A DNA stretch of 32,158 nt from Nanobdellota archaeon (GTDB lineage Archaea; Nanobdellota; Nanobdellia; Pacearchaeales; GW2011-AR1). Of this stretch, positions 22,631 to 30,420 are shown in pieces. Position numbers and translations under genes: made by a program. The stretch covers positions 1 through 32,158 of the forward strand of contig JBBSYU010000025.1 of the NCBI GenBank assembly GCA_038045105.1, given 5' to 3'. The notes beneath the pieces were generated by a model, which saw only the letters and a program-made list of their open reading frames with translations, searched no databases and had not been told where the DNA came from. Each line of letters starts with the position of its first letter. Position 1 is the first letter of the stretch.

Positions 22631-23479
22631 ATGCCAAGAAAAAAGAAGATAATTGAAAAAAAAGAAAAAGGAGAAATTATTGAAGATGGTACAGAGAAAA
22701 ATATAGAAATAAATAGAAGCAATGAAAAAGTTCAGGAGGAACAAAAAATACAGGAAGAATCTTCATTAAAAGAAAATGATAAGAAAAAACAAAATAGCCA
22801 GATAAAGATTGCTGTTATTTTAATGATTTCAATAATTGCTGTTATAATTATAGCTCCTTTTATTTATGGTCATTTTTTTACTAAATTCTACTATATTAAT
22901 CTTGAATTTCAAAAAACAAAATTAGGAGATTTAAAGTTTTATTCTACAAGAATTCCCATTGCTGACCAGTCTCCTGCTGAAGGACAGTTACTTGACAGAG
23001 ATAAAAAAACAGCTGAATATTTTATTAATTTAAGGGCTGATCCAAGAAAATTAGACAATGTTAAGGTAAATCTTAGCTATAATAATACAGAGCAATTAGA
23101 TTTTATGAGAGCAAATGAGGTTTACATATCTTTTGATCCTAAAATGAAAAAATGCGATGATAATTCTGTTGCTTTGATAGATCTTTCTGGCTTTCTCAAG
23201 GAATTTGCAGGACTTAAAATAAAATCTGCTGTTTCAGATAAAAATGCTTCAGCAGAACTAAAAATCCCATATGTAACCTGCAATAAAAGCCAGTATATTA
23301 CTGTGATAAATATAAGAAGTGGAAATGAAACAAAAATACAAAAAACAGGCGGAAATTGCTATGAATTAACATATGCAGATTGCGAGATAATACAGGTTAC
23401 TGAAAAATTTAATCTTATTCTTATTGAGCAGTATATGAAATATTTTGAAGAAAAAAAGAGCTGGTGGAATTTTGGATAG
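22631..23479 (+). CDS. Membrane-anchored protein with Lys/Glu-rich cytoplasmic N-terminus (hypothetical)
   Basis: 282 aa. A ~65-aa charged N-terminus is followed by TM IKIAVILMISIIAVIIIAPFIYG and an extracytoplasmic domain with Cys pairs. Confidence 0.7.
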   Translation: MPRKKKIIEKKEKGEIIEDGTEKNIEINRSNEKVQEEQKIQEESSLKENDKKKQNSQIKIAVILMISIIAVIIIAPFIYGHFFTKFYYINLEFQKTKLGDLKFYSTRIPIADQSPAEGQLLDRDKKTAEYFINLRADPRKLDNVKVNLSYNNTEQLDFMRANEVYISFDPKMKKCDDNSVALIDLSGFLKEFAGLKIKSAVSDKNASAELKIPYVTCNKSQYITVINIRSGNETKIQKTGGNCYELTYADCEIIQVTEKFNLILIEQYMKYFEEKKSWWNFG

Positions 23480-23498
23480 ATAAAAAATATAAAATTAA

Positions 23499-23616
23499 AA
23501 ATCAGTAATACATATCATTTAAGAGATGTTGGTGAGAAGATTAGGTTATGGAAGATTAAAATAAATCTCTTAATCAACTAATTAAACAACTTCTAAGAAT
23601 TAGACATTACCAAATT
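23499..23616 (+). repeat. MITE-like intergenic repeat, copy 12 (TTAATCAACTA subfamily)
   Basis: AAATCAGTAATACATATCATTTAAGAGATGTTGGTGAGAAGATTAGGTTATGG...CTCTTAATCAACTAATTAAACAACTTCTAAGAATTAGACATTACCAAATT. Confidence 0.75.
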
Positions 23617-23668
23617 ATTTAGCTGATTTTCAGATAGATATTTAAAGATTATTCCTTTAAATTAGATT

Positions 23669-24235
23669 ATGAAAAAAAGAGCGAAAAGAAAAGAAAATAA
23701 GCCTGAAAATGTTAAGTCCTCTGATAACATACCTGCTGTTTTAATAAGATATTTAATATTATTGGGATTAATGTTTTCTCTGCCTTTAATTTACAGGATT
23801 TTTGCTCCTTTGACAATGTATCCTGTTGTCTGGTTGCTTAAGATTTTCTATAATGTTTCTCTTTCAGGAAGTTTTATATTAATCAATCTTATTCCAAAAA
23901 TTGAACTAATTCCCGCATGCATAGCTGGTTCTGCTTATCTATTGCTTTTAATTTTAAACCTGACTGTTCCTATGAAGATTAAGAAAAGGATTTATTCAAT
24001 AATTCTCTCTTTTTTGCTTCTGCTTATATTAAATATATTGAGAATCTTCTTTTTAGCAATACTTTATCATAATAATTTTGCTTATTTTGACATTACACAT
24101 AAATTCTTCTGGTATTTCCTAAGCACTATATTTGTTGTAGGAATCTGGTTGTTTATTGCAAAGATATTTGCAATAAAAGAGATACCTGTTTATAGTGATA
24201 TAAAGGGATTGATGAAAGATCTGAAAAAGAAATGA
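23669..24235 (+). CDS. Exosortase/archaeosortase-family protein (short, archaeal type)
   Basis: 188 aa with about 5 TM segments. Conserved-looking Cys (IPACIAGSAYLLL), Arg (LILNILRIFFLAIL) and His (DITHKFFWYFLSTIFVVG) occur in the order expected for the family's Cys/Arg/His triad. Confidence 0.65.
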   Translation: MKKRAKRKENKPENVKSSDNIPAVLIRYLILLGLMFSLPLIYRIFAPLTMYPVVWLLKIFYNVSLSGSFILINLIPKIELIPACIAGSAYLLLLILNLTVPMKIKKRIYSIILSFLLLLILNILRIFFLAILYHNNFAYFDITHKFFWYFLSTIFVVGIWLFIAKIFAIKEIPVYSDIKGLMKDLKKK

Positions 24236-24275
24236 TTTTATTAGAATTATTATATTTCTCCTTCCTGCCACTCTT

Positions 24276-24418
24276 TTCTTATTGGAATTGCCTATCTCTT
24301 ATCAGTTATGGCTTATGTTGATTAAGCGAGATTGTAGTTTTTGTTGCTCTCTTACTTTCCTCACAACCATCTTAATCTTCCCATAAACATTTCTCATATT
24401 GTAGATTACTGAAATATT
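24276..24418 (-). repeat. MITE-like intergenic repeat, copy 13a
   Basis: TTCTTATTGGAATTGCCTATCTCTTATCAGTTATGGCTTATGTTGATTAAGCG...CCATCTTAATCTTCCCATAAACATTTCTCATATTGTAGATTACTGAAATATT. Confidence 0.7.
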
Positions 24419-24420
24419 TT

Positions 24421-24577
24421 ATTAGAATCATAAAAATTTTAACAGAGGTTTAATTAGTTGATTAAATTTTGACATCTGATAATTTGTTTTACTTTTGAAT
24501 TCATATCTTCCTGCTTCTCATCTCAATAACTTAATCTCCTTATAAATAACTTATCAGTTTTTAACATTACCAATATT
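24421..24577 (-). repeat. MITE-like intergenic repeat, copy 13b (TTAATCAACTA subfamily)
   Basis: ...GGTTTAATTAGTTGATTAAATTTTGACATCTGATAATTTG...CTGCTTCTCATCTCAATAACTTAATCTCCTTATAAATAACTTATCAGTTTTTAACATTACCAATATT. Confidence 0.75.
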
Positions 24578-24691
24578 TATTGGAATTGCATATTATTTAA
24601 AATATGGAGCATCTGTTGATTTGTTATGGCTTATGTTTCATGTCTCTTGCTTCTCATCTGCACAACTTCTTAGTTTTTATATTACTAATAC
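24578..24691 (-). repeat. MITE-like intergenic repeat, copy 13c
   Basis: TATTGGAATTGCATATTATTTAAAATATGGAGCATCTGTTGATTTGTTATGGCTTATG...CTTGCTTCTCATCTGCACAACTTCTTAGTTTTTATATTACTAATAC. It abuts 13b terminus-to-terminus. Confidence 0.8.
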
Positions 24692-24742
24692 ATTATCAAA
24701 AGATAGATAATAAATATTACTAAAAAAATATATAAGAAATTC

Positions 24743-26467
24743 TTATTGATATCCTTCTCTTGGAGAAGAAACCATTCTTCTTATAACAGCGATTATAGCT
24801 ATGATTAATATTAAATTAACCAATACTATCAAGTATATGAACCAGTTGTTCTTAAAGTGATTAACAACTGACTGATAGTCTGTTGATTGTGCTTTTACAA
24901 CTGAAAGAGATACTTTTTGTTCAACTGCTTTGTCTCCTGCTGTTCCATAAGCAGCCCTTATTATAAATTCTTTGTCTCCTTGTGCTGCTGAATCTACATT
25001 AAGAACTATGCTTGCATCTTTTGATTGTCCTGGAGAAAGTGTTATAGTCTGGGGGTCTATTGAAACTAGGCTTGACCATGCACTATTTCCATATATTGAT
25101 AAAGTATAAGTAGTGTCTGTAGTTCCTGTATTTTTCAGTGTTGCCTGGATTATTACTTGTTTTCCTGCTGATGCTTCTGGTGTTTGGGGGTCAAGCTGAG
25201 CTGATATTTTTAATTGAGAGGCAGGTGTTGTTGGAGTTGCTGCTTGGCAATTTCCTAATACTTTAATTGTTTTTGTGAATTTCTTGCTTGATATTTCGCT
25301 GTAACTTCCTGAACCACTGTCATCATAATCATAATATGTTTTAAATTCTAAATCATAAGATTTTTCAGCAGCTTTAGCAGGTATGTTAAAACTAAAGTCC
25401 ACTGTGTATGAATCTCCCTGGTCAAGGTCTTCTTGTATTACCTGATTTAAGTCAATTCCTAATTCTTTATTATATAGTGTAACTTTAAACTGATCTAGAT
25501 AATCAACATCACCTATATTTACAACCTCTGCAGAAGCCTGAACAGTATCACTGCATTGAGCTGTTTCTTCTGGTGACAATACTATCTTGTCAACAACAAC
25601 ATGTTTATCAATATCTTCTTCTCTTGTTCCAGAGACTGCTTGAAAATATCTTCCATCTAAATCAGAAGAAAAAGAACTGCATATCTGGTCTTCTTTTCCA
25701 CTTGAATAAGTTTTTATTACAAGATTATAATTTCCTTCTTTAAAGTCTGTTGGAACATTAAATTTGAATTCAACTGTTTTCTCCTTGCTATCTGCAAGAC
25801 TGCTTAAGCTTATTTTTTTATTATCTAAATTATCCATATTTCCAATAACATTTTTTCCAGTTGAATCAAGTAATCCTAATTCAACATAAACACTGCTTAC
25901 TCTATTATTTCCTGTATTTTCAACTTTTACTTTAACACTTATTGGATCTAAAGGCGTCCATTCAGTGTCATCTCCATCATCATTTCTTATATCCACACTA
26001 GATATTGTTAATGTTTGGTCAGCTGTTCCGACTTCTCCTGATTTACAAAATGTGCTTAAAAATTTTACAGGTATAGTTAAAGGATGAGTGATAGAAGAAT
26101 TAGTAACAGATGTTGCTGTTGCAATTATATTTTTTGTATATTCTCCTACTTTAAAATTAGTCGCATCTCCTGAATAAGCAAAACTTATCAATCCTGTGTT
26201 TTGATTTGTTAAAACATTATTATAAACCAAAGATGAAGGTGTTGTAAGTGTAAGAATATGTGTGTTTCCATCATCAAATATAATAGGAAGCCCTGTAAGC
26301 TGTATATTTACTGCATCTGTTCCTGAATTAGTTATTGTAAAATTAGTCTGTGTAAGTGATTTTGTTAAACTAGCAGGAGTTGTTGAAGCGATTAGGACTG
26401 CTGCATTGACAACTGCAAGTGTTAAAATTGTCGTTAATAAAAATAAAGATATTATTTTTGATTTCAT
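24743..26467 (-). CDS. Surface protein with CARDB/COG1361-like beta-sandwich repeats and a C-terminal TM anchor
   Basis: 574 aa with signal IISLFLLTTILTLAVVNA. Repeated motifs are VENTGNNRVSSVYVELGL, VVNIGDVDYLDQFKVTLYN and LKNTGTTDTTYTLSIYG. The C-terminus is NNWFIYLIVLVNLILIIAIIAVIRR. The gene is convergent with the archaeosortase-family gene. Confidence 0.8.
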   Translation of the reverse strand: MKSKIISLFLLTTILTLAVVNAAVLIASTTPASLTKSLTQTNFTITNSGTDAVNIQLTGLPIIFDDGNTHILTLTTPSSLVYNNVLTNQNTGLISFAYSGDATNFKVGEYTKNIIATATSVTNSSITHPLTIPVKFLSTFCKSGEVGTADQTLTISSVDIRNDDGDDTEWTPLDPISVKVKVENTGNNRVSSVYVELGLLDSTGKNVIGNMDNLDNKKISLSSLADSKEKTVEFKFNVPTDFKEGNYNLVIKTYSSGKEDQICSSFSSDLDGRYFQAVSGTREEDIDKHVVVDKIVLSPEETAQCSDTVQASAEVVNIGDVDYLDQFKVTLYNKELGIDLNQVIQEDLDQGDSYTVDFSFNIPAKAAEKSYDLEFKTYYDYDDSGSGSYSEISSKKFTKTIKVLGNCQAATPTTPASQLKISAQLDPQTPEASAGKQVIIQATLKNTGTTDTTYTLSIYGNSAWSSLVSIDPQTITLSPGQSKDASIVLNVDSAAQGDKEFIIRAAYGTAGDKAVEQKVSLSVVKAQSTDYQSVVNHFKNNWFIYLIVLVNLILIIAIIAVIRRMVSSPREGYQ

Positions 26468-26656
26468 TTTTGTTATAATTTTTGAGTTATAACACCTTTA
26501 TAAACTTTTCTGTCTTGAAAAATATATGTCAGAAAAATAGAAAAAATAAGAAATTAGTGTCTAAATTCAGTAATAAAAAAGTTTATAAGAGGGTTTTACT
26601 TAGAATAAACAATAGCATAGGGCTATGAATAGAATAAACATAAAAAGGAGGTTCAA

Positions 26657-27019
26657 ATGAAGCTTAGAGATAAAATAGGTGCATGGATTTTTTTACTAGG
26701 GGTAGTGCTTGCTGTAATCTCAGGAATATTTACTGTTTCTAACAGCATTGTGTTTGCGCTTTTAGTATTAGTTGGAATTTTAGTTGGTTTTTTGAATGTG
26801 ACTGGAAAAGAATCTTCTAAATTTCTATTGGCAGGAGCTGTATTAGTTATTGTTTCTTATATGGGACAGAGTGCTATTTCTGCTTTCAGCACTATTACTA
26901 TAGGGCCATTAACTATAGGGACAATGATTACTGGAATATTAAATGCATTGTTAATACTATCTGTTCCAGCTGTAATAATTGTTGCACTAAAATCAATAGT
27001 TAATATTGCTAAGAACTAA
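26657..27019 (+). CDS. Small polytopic membrane protein (about 4 TM, hypothetical)
   Basis: 120 aa. A strong SD (AAAGGAGG) lies 7 nt upstream, and the protein is hydrophobic throughout. Confidence 0.75.
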   Translation: MKLRDKIGAWIFLLGVVLAVISGIFTVSNSIVFALLVLVGILVGFLNVTGKESSKFLLAGAVLVIVSYMGQSAISAFSTITIGPLTIGTMITGILNALLILSVPAVIIVALKSIVNIAKN

Positions 27020-27022
27020 ACC

Positions 27023-27050
27023 TTTTGTTTTTTTATTTTTTTTGTATTTT
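27023..27050 (+). terminator. Oligo-T terminator
   Basis: TTTTGTTTTTTTATTTTTTTTGTATTTT lies immediately after the stop at 27017-27019. Confidence 0.6.
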
Positions 27051-27073
27051 GTGTAGATTGCCTATTATATAAT

Positions 27074-27233
27074 AGAAGTAATAGGATGAATTAAGAGATG
27101 TGGGTGAGAAGCAAGAGTTATTTTATAAGATGCATAATCACTTACAGAAAATAATAATTTTCTGTCTGTTAAATTCTTACGAATTAAACATAATCAACTA
27201 ATTAACCATCTCCTAAAGTTTTACATATTATCC
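27074..27233 (+). repeat. MITE-like intergenic repeat, copy 14a (TTAATCAACTA subfamily; carries a CAGAAAAT hairpin)
   Basis: GAAGTAATAGGATGAATTAAGAGATGTGGGTGAGAAGCAAGAGTTAT...[hairpin]...ACATAATCAACTAATTAACCATCTCCTAAAGTTTTACATATTATCCAG. It parallels copy 12. Confidence 0.65.
27144..27165. repeat. CAGAAAAT hairpin module, copy 3 (ACAGAAAAT-AATA-ATTTTCTGT)
   Basis: 9-bp perfect stem nested inside repeat copy 14a. Confidence 0.7.
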
Positions 27234-27239
27234 AGAAAG

Positions 27240-27382
27240 TATCAGTAATGTATAAACCTGATAAGTTATGAAGATGAGATGATTAAGATGTTTATGAGAA
27301 AGAAAATAAGTAGATGAATACAATTCATCAAGGTGACAAATCAACAGATGAAACATATCTTAAGTTATAGATAATACTATAG
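27240..27382 (+). repeat. MITE-like intergenic repeat, copy 14b
   Basis: TATCAGTAATGTATAAACCTGATAAGTTATGAAGATGAGATGATTAAGATG...GACAAATCAACAGATGAAACATATCTTAAGTTATAGATAATACTATAG. Confidence 0.8.
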
Positions 27383-27484
27383 TGAATAACATTAATTTTC
27401 GTAACTTTTGATGTTATTCCCTAAATAGTAAATCACTAACACTTATACGATTATTAAAGTGATTTCCTATAATAAAGATTAATA

Positions 27485-28108
27485 TTATATTTCAGAAATT
27501 TCTGCGTAATTAATAATATCCGGGTTATCATATGATAATCCTAAACATGCTGTATTTACCCAGGAATCTATATTAAAGTTCTCAAACTGGGTTGTGTCTA
27601 TATTATTAGAAAGGAAAATAAATGCATTTTTCCCTTTTTTGCTTAGTTTTTGCCTTAATTTAATAGCAAGTTCAATATTTTCCTGTCCTGGCTTTGTTGA
27701 AATCAGTATTCCTATATTGTTTGCCTTAAGGAATTTTAATAACGCAGCTCTTCTTTTTGCTTTTAGTTTTTCTATTTCTTCTTTAGGTATTTGTTTTATT
27801 GAGTTGTTAGCTATTATATATAGGCTAGAAACCTGGTGAAGAAGATTAAGATAGTGAAAGTCTCCGCCCCCAATAAAAAGCACAGGAAATTGGGTATTAA
27901 TCTTTGAACATCCAAGAACCTGCTGAAAACCTGTTATTTTTATTTTGTTTTCTTTATTGCTTGTTAATTGTTTTTTTATTTTTAGTGCAATGTCCTTATA
28001 TTGCACAGAATAAGCAATAAAGAGCATTTTAGGAAGCTTTTTTATTCCATTATCTGAAATATTAATATCCAAATTCTTTAGTTTTGATTCTATGTAGAGG
28101 ATTTTCAT
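27485..28108 (-). CDS. dph2: Dph2-like diphthamide synthesis protein lacking the N-terminal domain
   Basis: 207 aa. QQVLGC, VLFIGGGDFHYLNL, IGILISTKPGQ and WVNTACLGL match, from memory, the domain 2-3 motifs of archaeal Dph2 (QVLGC, ILFIGSGIFHPLGL, FGVIVSIKKGQ, VVVACPR). Archaeal Dph2 is normally ~330-350 aa. Confidence 0.65.
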   Translation of the reverse strand: MKILYIESKLKNLDINISDNGIKKLPKMLFIAYSVQYKDIALKIKKQLTSNKENKIKITGFQQVLGCSKINTQFPVLFIGGGDFHYLNLLHQVSSLYIIANNSIKQIPKEEIEKLKAKRRAALLKFLKANNIGILISTKPGQENIELAIKLRQKLSKKGKNAFIFLSNNIDTTQFENFNIDSWVNTACLGLSYDNPDIINYAEISEI

Positions 28109-28165
28109 AAAAAGAATAGAAAATGGAGATTTAAAGAAGTTTTGATTAAATAATTCATATTGTTT

Positions 28166-28258
28166 ATATTAGTAATATGCAATTTTATCAGTTATGGCAT
28201 CTGTTAATTTCACTTAATCTCCTCGTTAACATTTCTTAAGTTAGTTACATTACCAATA
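28166..28258 (-). repeat. MITE-like intergenic repeat, copy 15 (short)
   Basis: TATATTAGTAATATGCAATTTTATCAGTTATGGCATCTGTTAATTTCACTTAATCTCCTCGTTAACATTTCTTAAGTTAGTTACATTACCAATAA. Confidence 0.8.
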
Positions 28259-28302
28259 AATATATCTTTCATACTATAAATTATCCAATTTTATTTCCAG
28301 AA

Positions 28303-28746
28303 TCACTCATTCATTCTGTTTCTGTCTCTGTCCCTATCTCTGTCTCTGTCCCTATCTCTGTCTCTATCCCTGCCATCCCTATCCTGCGGAGGCGCTGGTC
28401 TTTCAGAAGACTTGTGGATTTCTGCAAAAGAAGGTGTTACAATAATTATGTTTTCGCCAAAACCAGCTATGCTTCCTTCTAAAGCATCTGTTGTCTTTTT
28501 TATTTTGGAAATTGCTCTTTTTAATTCAATAACATCCTTTGCCCTTAATGGTTTTATGTCAATTATTGCAATTGTATAACCTTCTCTTAAAGAATTAAGA
28601 ATAGGTGTAATGTCTTCAAAGCTTTTTAGAACAAAAGGACGCACTAAAATCTTGGATTTTTTGACTTCTCTGCCTAAGTCAATCTCAATATATTCTGGCT
28701 CGTCACCGCCTCCTCCGAACACTCTTTTTAATTTATCAAACACCAT
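28303..28746 (-). CDS. sepF: Archaeal SepF-like cell-division protein with C-terminal Arg-Asp dipeptide-repeat tail
   Basis: 147 aa. The N-terminal amphipathic MVFDKLKRVFGGGG is followed by the core ILVRPFVLKSFEDITPILNSLREGYTIAIIDIKPL...GSIAGFGENIIIVTP, typical of SepF/DUF552. The tail is RDGRDRDRDRDRDRDRDRDRNR. Confidence 0.75.
   Translation of the reverse strand: MVFDKLKRVFGGGGDEPEYIEIDLGREVKKSKILVRPFVLKSFEDITPILNSLREGYTIAIIDIKPLRAKDVIELKRAISKIKKTTDALEGSIAGFGENIIIVTPSFAEIHKSSERPAPPQDRDGRDRDRDRDRDRDRDRDRNRMNE
28321..28374. repeat. 3 x 18-nt tandem repeat (TCTGTCTCTGTCCCTATC) encoding the (RD)n tail of SepF
   Basis: Units lie at 28321-28338, 28339-28356 (identical to the first) and 28357-28374 (2-3 substitutions). 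Confidence 0.85.
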
Positions 28747-28834
28747 GATTTAAAATTAAATTATATAGTTTATAAACATTTCTATGATGTGAAATAGATT
28801 ACTCTTTGAAACAATAAAAATTAGATAATATGCC

Positions 28835-28952
28835 TGGGGAATGTTAATAATTCAAAGCGAATCATCTGTTTATTAAGGAGTTTTGCAATTGCTCTCATCC
28901 GTAACTTAATCTGCTCATCAATATTTCTTAATTCATTACATTATTGATATAT
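28835..28952 (-). repeat. MITE-like intergenic repeat, copy 16
   Basis: TGGGGAATGTTAATAATTCAAAGCGAATCATCTGTTTATTAAGG...CTCTCATCCGTAACTTAATCTGCTCATCAATATTTCTTAATTCATTACATTATTGATATAT. Confidence 0.7.
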
Positions 28953-28976
28953 TCATCCAGTATAAGAATACTAAAT

Positions 28977-29345
28977 TTATTTTATTTTTTTCATGACTTC
29001 TTCTTTTAATTTTTCTGACTGCTCTGTCAGATGAGATTCCTGCTTTTCAAATGATTTTAATCTCAAAGAAAGAACATCAATTTTCTGCTTCAAATCTTTT
29101 TCTGTTTTTTCTTTTTGTGTTTTTATTATTATGTTTCCTATTAATTTGAAAATATCTTCTTTTGATTTTGAAATTTCAGAAAGAGCATTTTCTGATTCAT
29201 TCAATTCTGCCTGGAAAACCTGTTTTTGAAGAAGCAATCCATGAAGATTCTGCTCATAAGCCTGAAGCTCTTGAATTTTTTCCTGCGTTTCTTTGTCAAT
29301 GTTCATTTTATTAAAAATCACCTCAATAATTTTTGGTAATATCAC
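28977..29345 (-). CDS. pfdB: Prefoldin beta subunit
   Basis: Coiled-coil protein. IQELQAYEQNLHGLLLQKQVFQAELNESENALSEISK...IDVLSLRLKSFEKQESHLTEQSEKLKEEV fits the prefoldin beta architecture. The likely true start is MNIDKE at 29306 (109 aa). Confidence 0.75.
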   Translation of the reverse strand: MILPKIIEVIFNKMNIDKETQEKIQELQAYEQNLHGLLLQKQVFQAELNESENALSEISKSKEDIFKLIGNIIIKTQKEKTEKDLKQKIDVLSLRLKSFEKQESHLTEQSEKLKEEVMKKIK

Positions 29346-29461
29346 AACTTACAAATCTTATTCTCACTTGATTGAGCTGTAACCTGAATGAATTTTATTC
29401 ATTTACTTACTTTACATTGATATATTACAAATATGTTTTTTATTAAGCATTAAATAGATAA

Positions 29462-29599
29462 TCAGACAGCTTTAATCTTTACAACTGTGCTTCTTGGTTT
29501 ATAAAATATTTTAGAGCCGCAATGAGGACAAAGAAATCTTTTTTGAAGAAGATTGTTTGTGATTTTTTTTCCGCATTTGAAACATTTGTATGTTGCCAT
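29462..29599 (-). CDS. rpoP: DNA-directed RNA polymerase subunit P (Rpo12/RpoP)
   Basis: This 45-aa ORF is not in the track. MATYKCFKCGKKITNNLLQKRFLCPHCGSKIFYKPRSTVVKIKAV has a CxxC...CxxC zinc ribbon with the C-terminal FYKxR typical of RpoP. It sits in the usual rpl37ae-rpoP neighbourhood. Confidence 0.75.
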   Translation of the reverse strand: MATYKCFKCGKKITNNLLQKRFLCPHCGSKIFYKPRSTVVKIKAV

Positions 29600-29649
29600 T
29601 TTATTTGTTGTTTTTTATATTATTTAAATTTTTCCTAAAATTTAAATCC

Positions 29650-29679
29650 CTCTAAAATTAATATCTCAAAATTTTAGAG
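29650..29679. other. 10-bp perfect inverted repeat CTCTAAAATT-N10-AATTTTAGAG immediately downstream of the rpl37ae stop
   Basis: Read directly. It lies between rpl37ae and rpoP on the - strand and may be an intercistronic hairpin. Confidence 0.35.
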
Positions 29680-29919
29680 TTATTTAAGTTTTGCTGTTAC
29701 TTCTTCTTTTTTTGGAAGATAATAAGCATGCGCTGCAAACTTTTTATTGCATTTTCTGCAATGCCAGATTCCTTTTGAAGTTCTTTTTGCAATTCCATTG
29801 CAAAATATGCAATTTTGTTTTTTTCTCTGAATATTTTCAACTTCTGTTATCTTAAGCCTGACGCTTCTTCCATATCTTGCCTTGAATCTTCCTGCTGCTT
29901 TTACTTTTTTTGTTCTCAT
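29680..29919 (-). CDS. rpl37ae: Ribosomal protein eL43 (L37Ae)
   Basis: 79 aa. KKVKAAGRFKARYGRSVR...CIFCNG...WHCRKCNKKFAAHAY is the characteristic N-terminal basic motif plus a C4 zinc ribbon. Confidence 0.9.
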   Translation of the reverse strand: MRTKKVKAAGRFKARYGRSVRLKITEVENIQRKKQNCIFCNGIAKRTSKGIWHCRKCNKKFAAHAYYLPKKEEVTAKLK

Positions 29920-29994
29920 GTTGAATTTTTTCTTATTTGATTTTATTTAATTTATATTAATAAATAAGATATTATTTGATGGAAATGAGGGTTT

Positions 29995-30411
29995 TTAAAA
30001 TGTGTGGTTTTTATTTAGATGTTTATAAATTTCTTTTAGTATGTCAAGATCATGCTCAACACCTTTTAAATTAAAGCAATCATTTAATCTCTTGACTACT
30101 GGATTACCTTCTCCATTTTTTAATTTATTCAAATCTGGCATTGGTGCAATATAAATGAATCTTTCAACCTCAAGATTGATTGTTTTAAAAATCATTTTGT
30201 CTTTTTTGAAAAATTCATATTCTTTAATAGTTATTCCTAGTTCTTCTTTAATCTCTCTTTTTAAAGCCTCATCGGGAGTTTCATTTTCTTCAATTCCTCC
30301 TCCAAAAAATCCATATTCTTCTCCATGTTTACTAATTTCTCTCCTATCCTGCAATAAAATATTTCCTTTTTCATCATAAAAAATAATTATAGAAACTTTT
30401 CTTTTTTCCAT
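29995..30411 (-). CDS. NUDIX hydrolase
   Basis: 138 aa with the Nudix box GGGIEENETPDEALKREIKEELGI (Gx5Ex7REUxEExGU). Confidence 0.85.
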   Translation of the reverse strand: MEKRKVSIIIFYDEKGNILLQDRREISKHGEEYGFFGGGIEENETPDEALKREIKEELGITIKEYEFFKKDKMIFKTINLEVERFIYIAPMPDLNKLKNGEGNPVVKRLNDCFNLKGVEHDLDILKEIYKHLNKNHTF

Positions 30412-30420
30412 TTTAAATAA

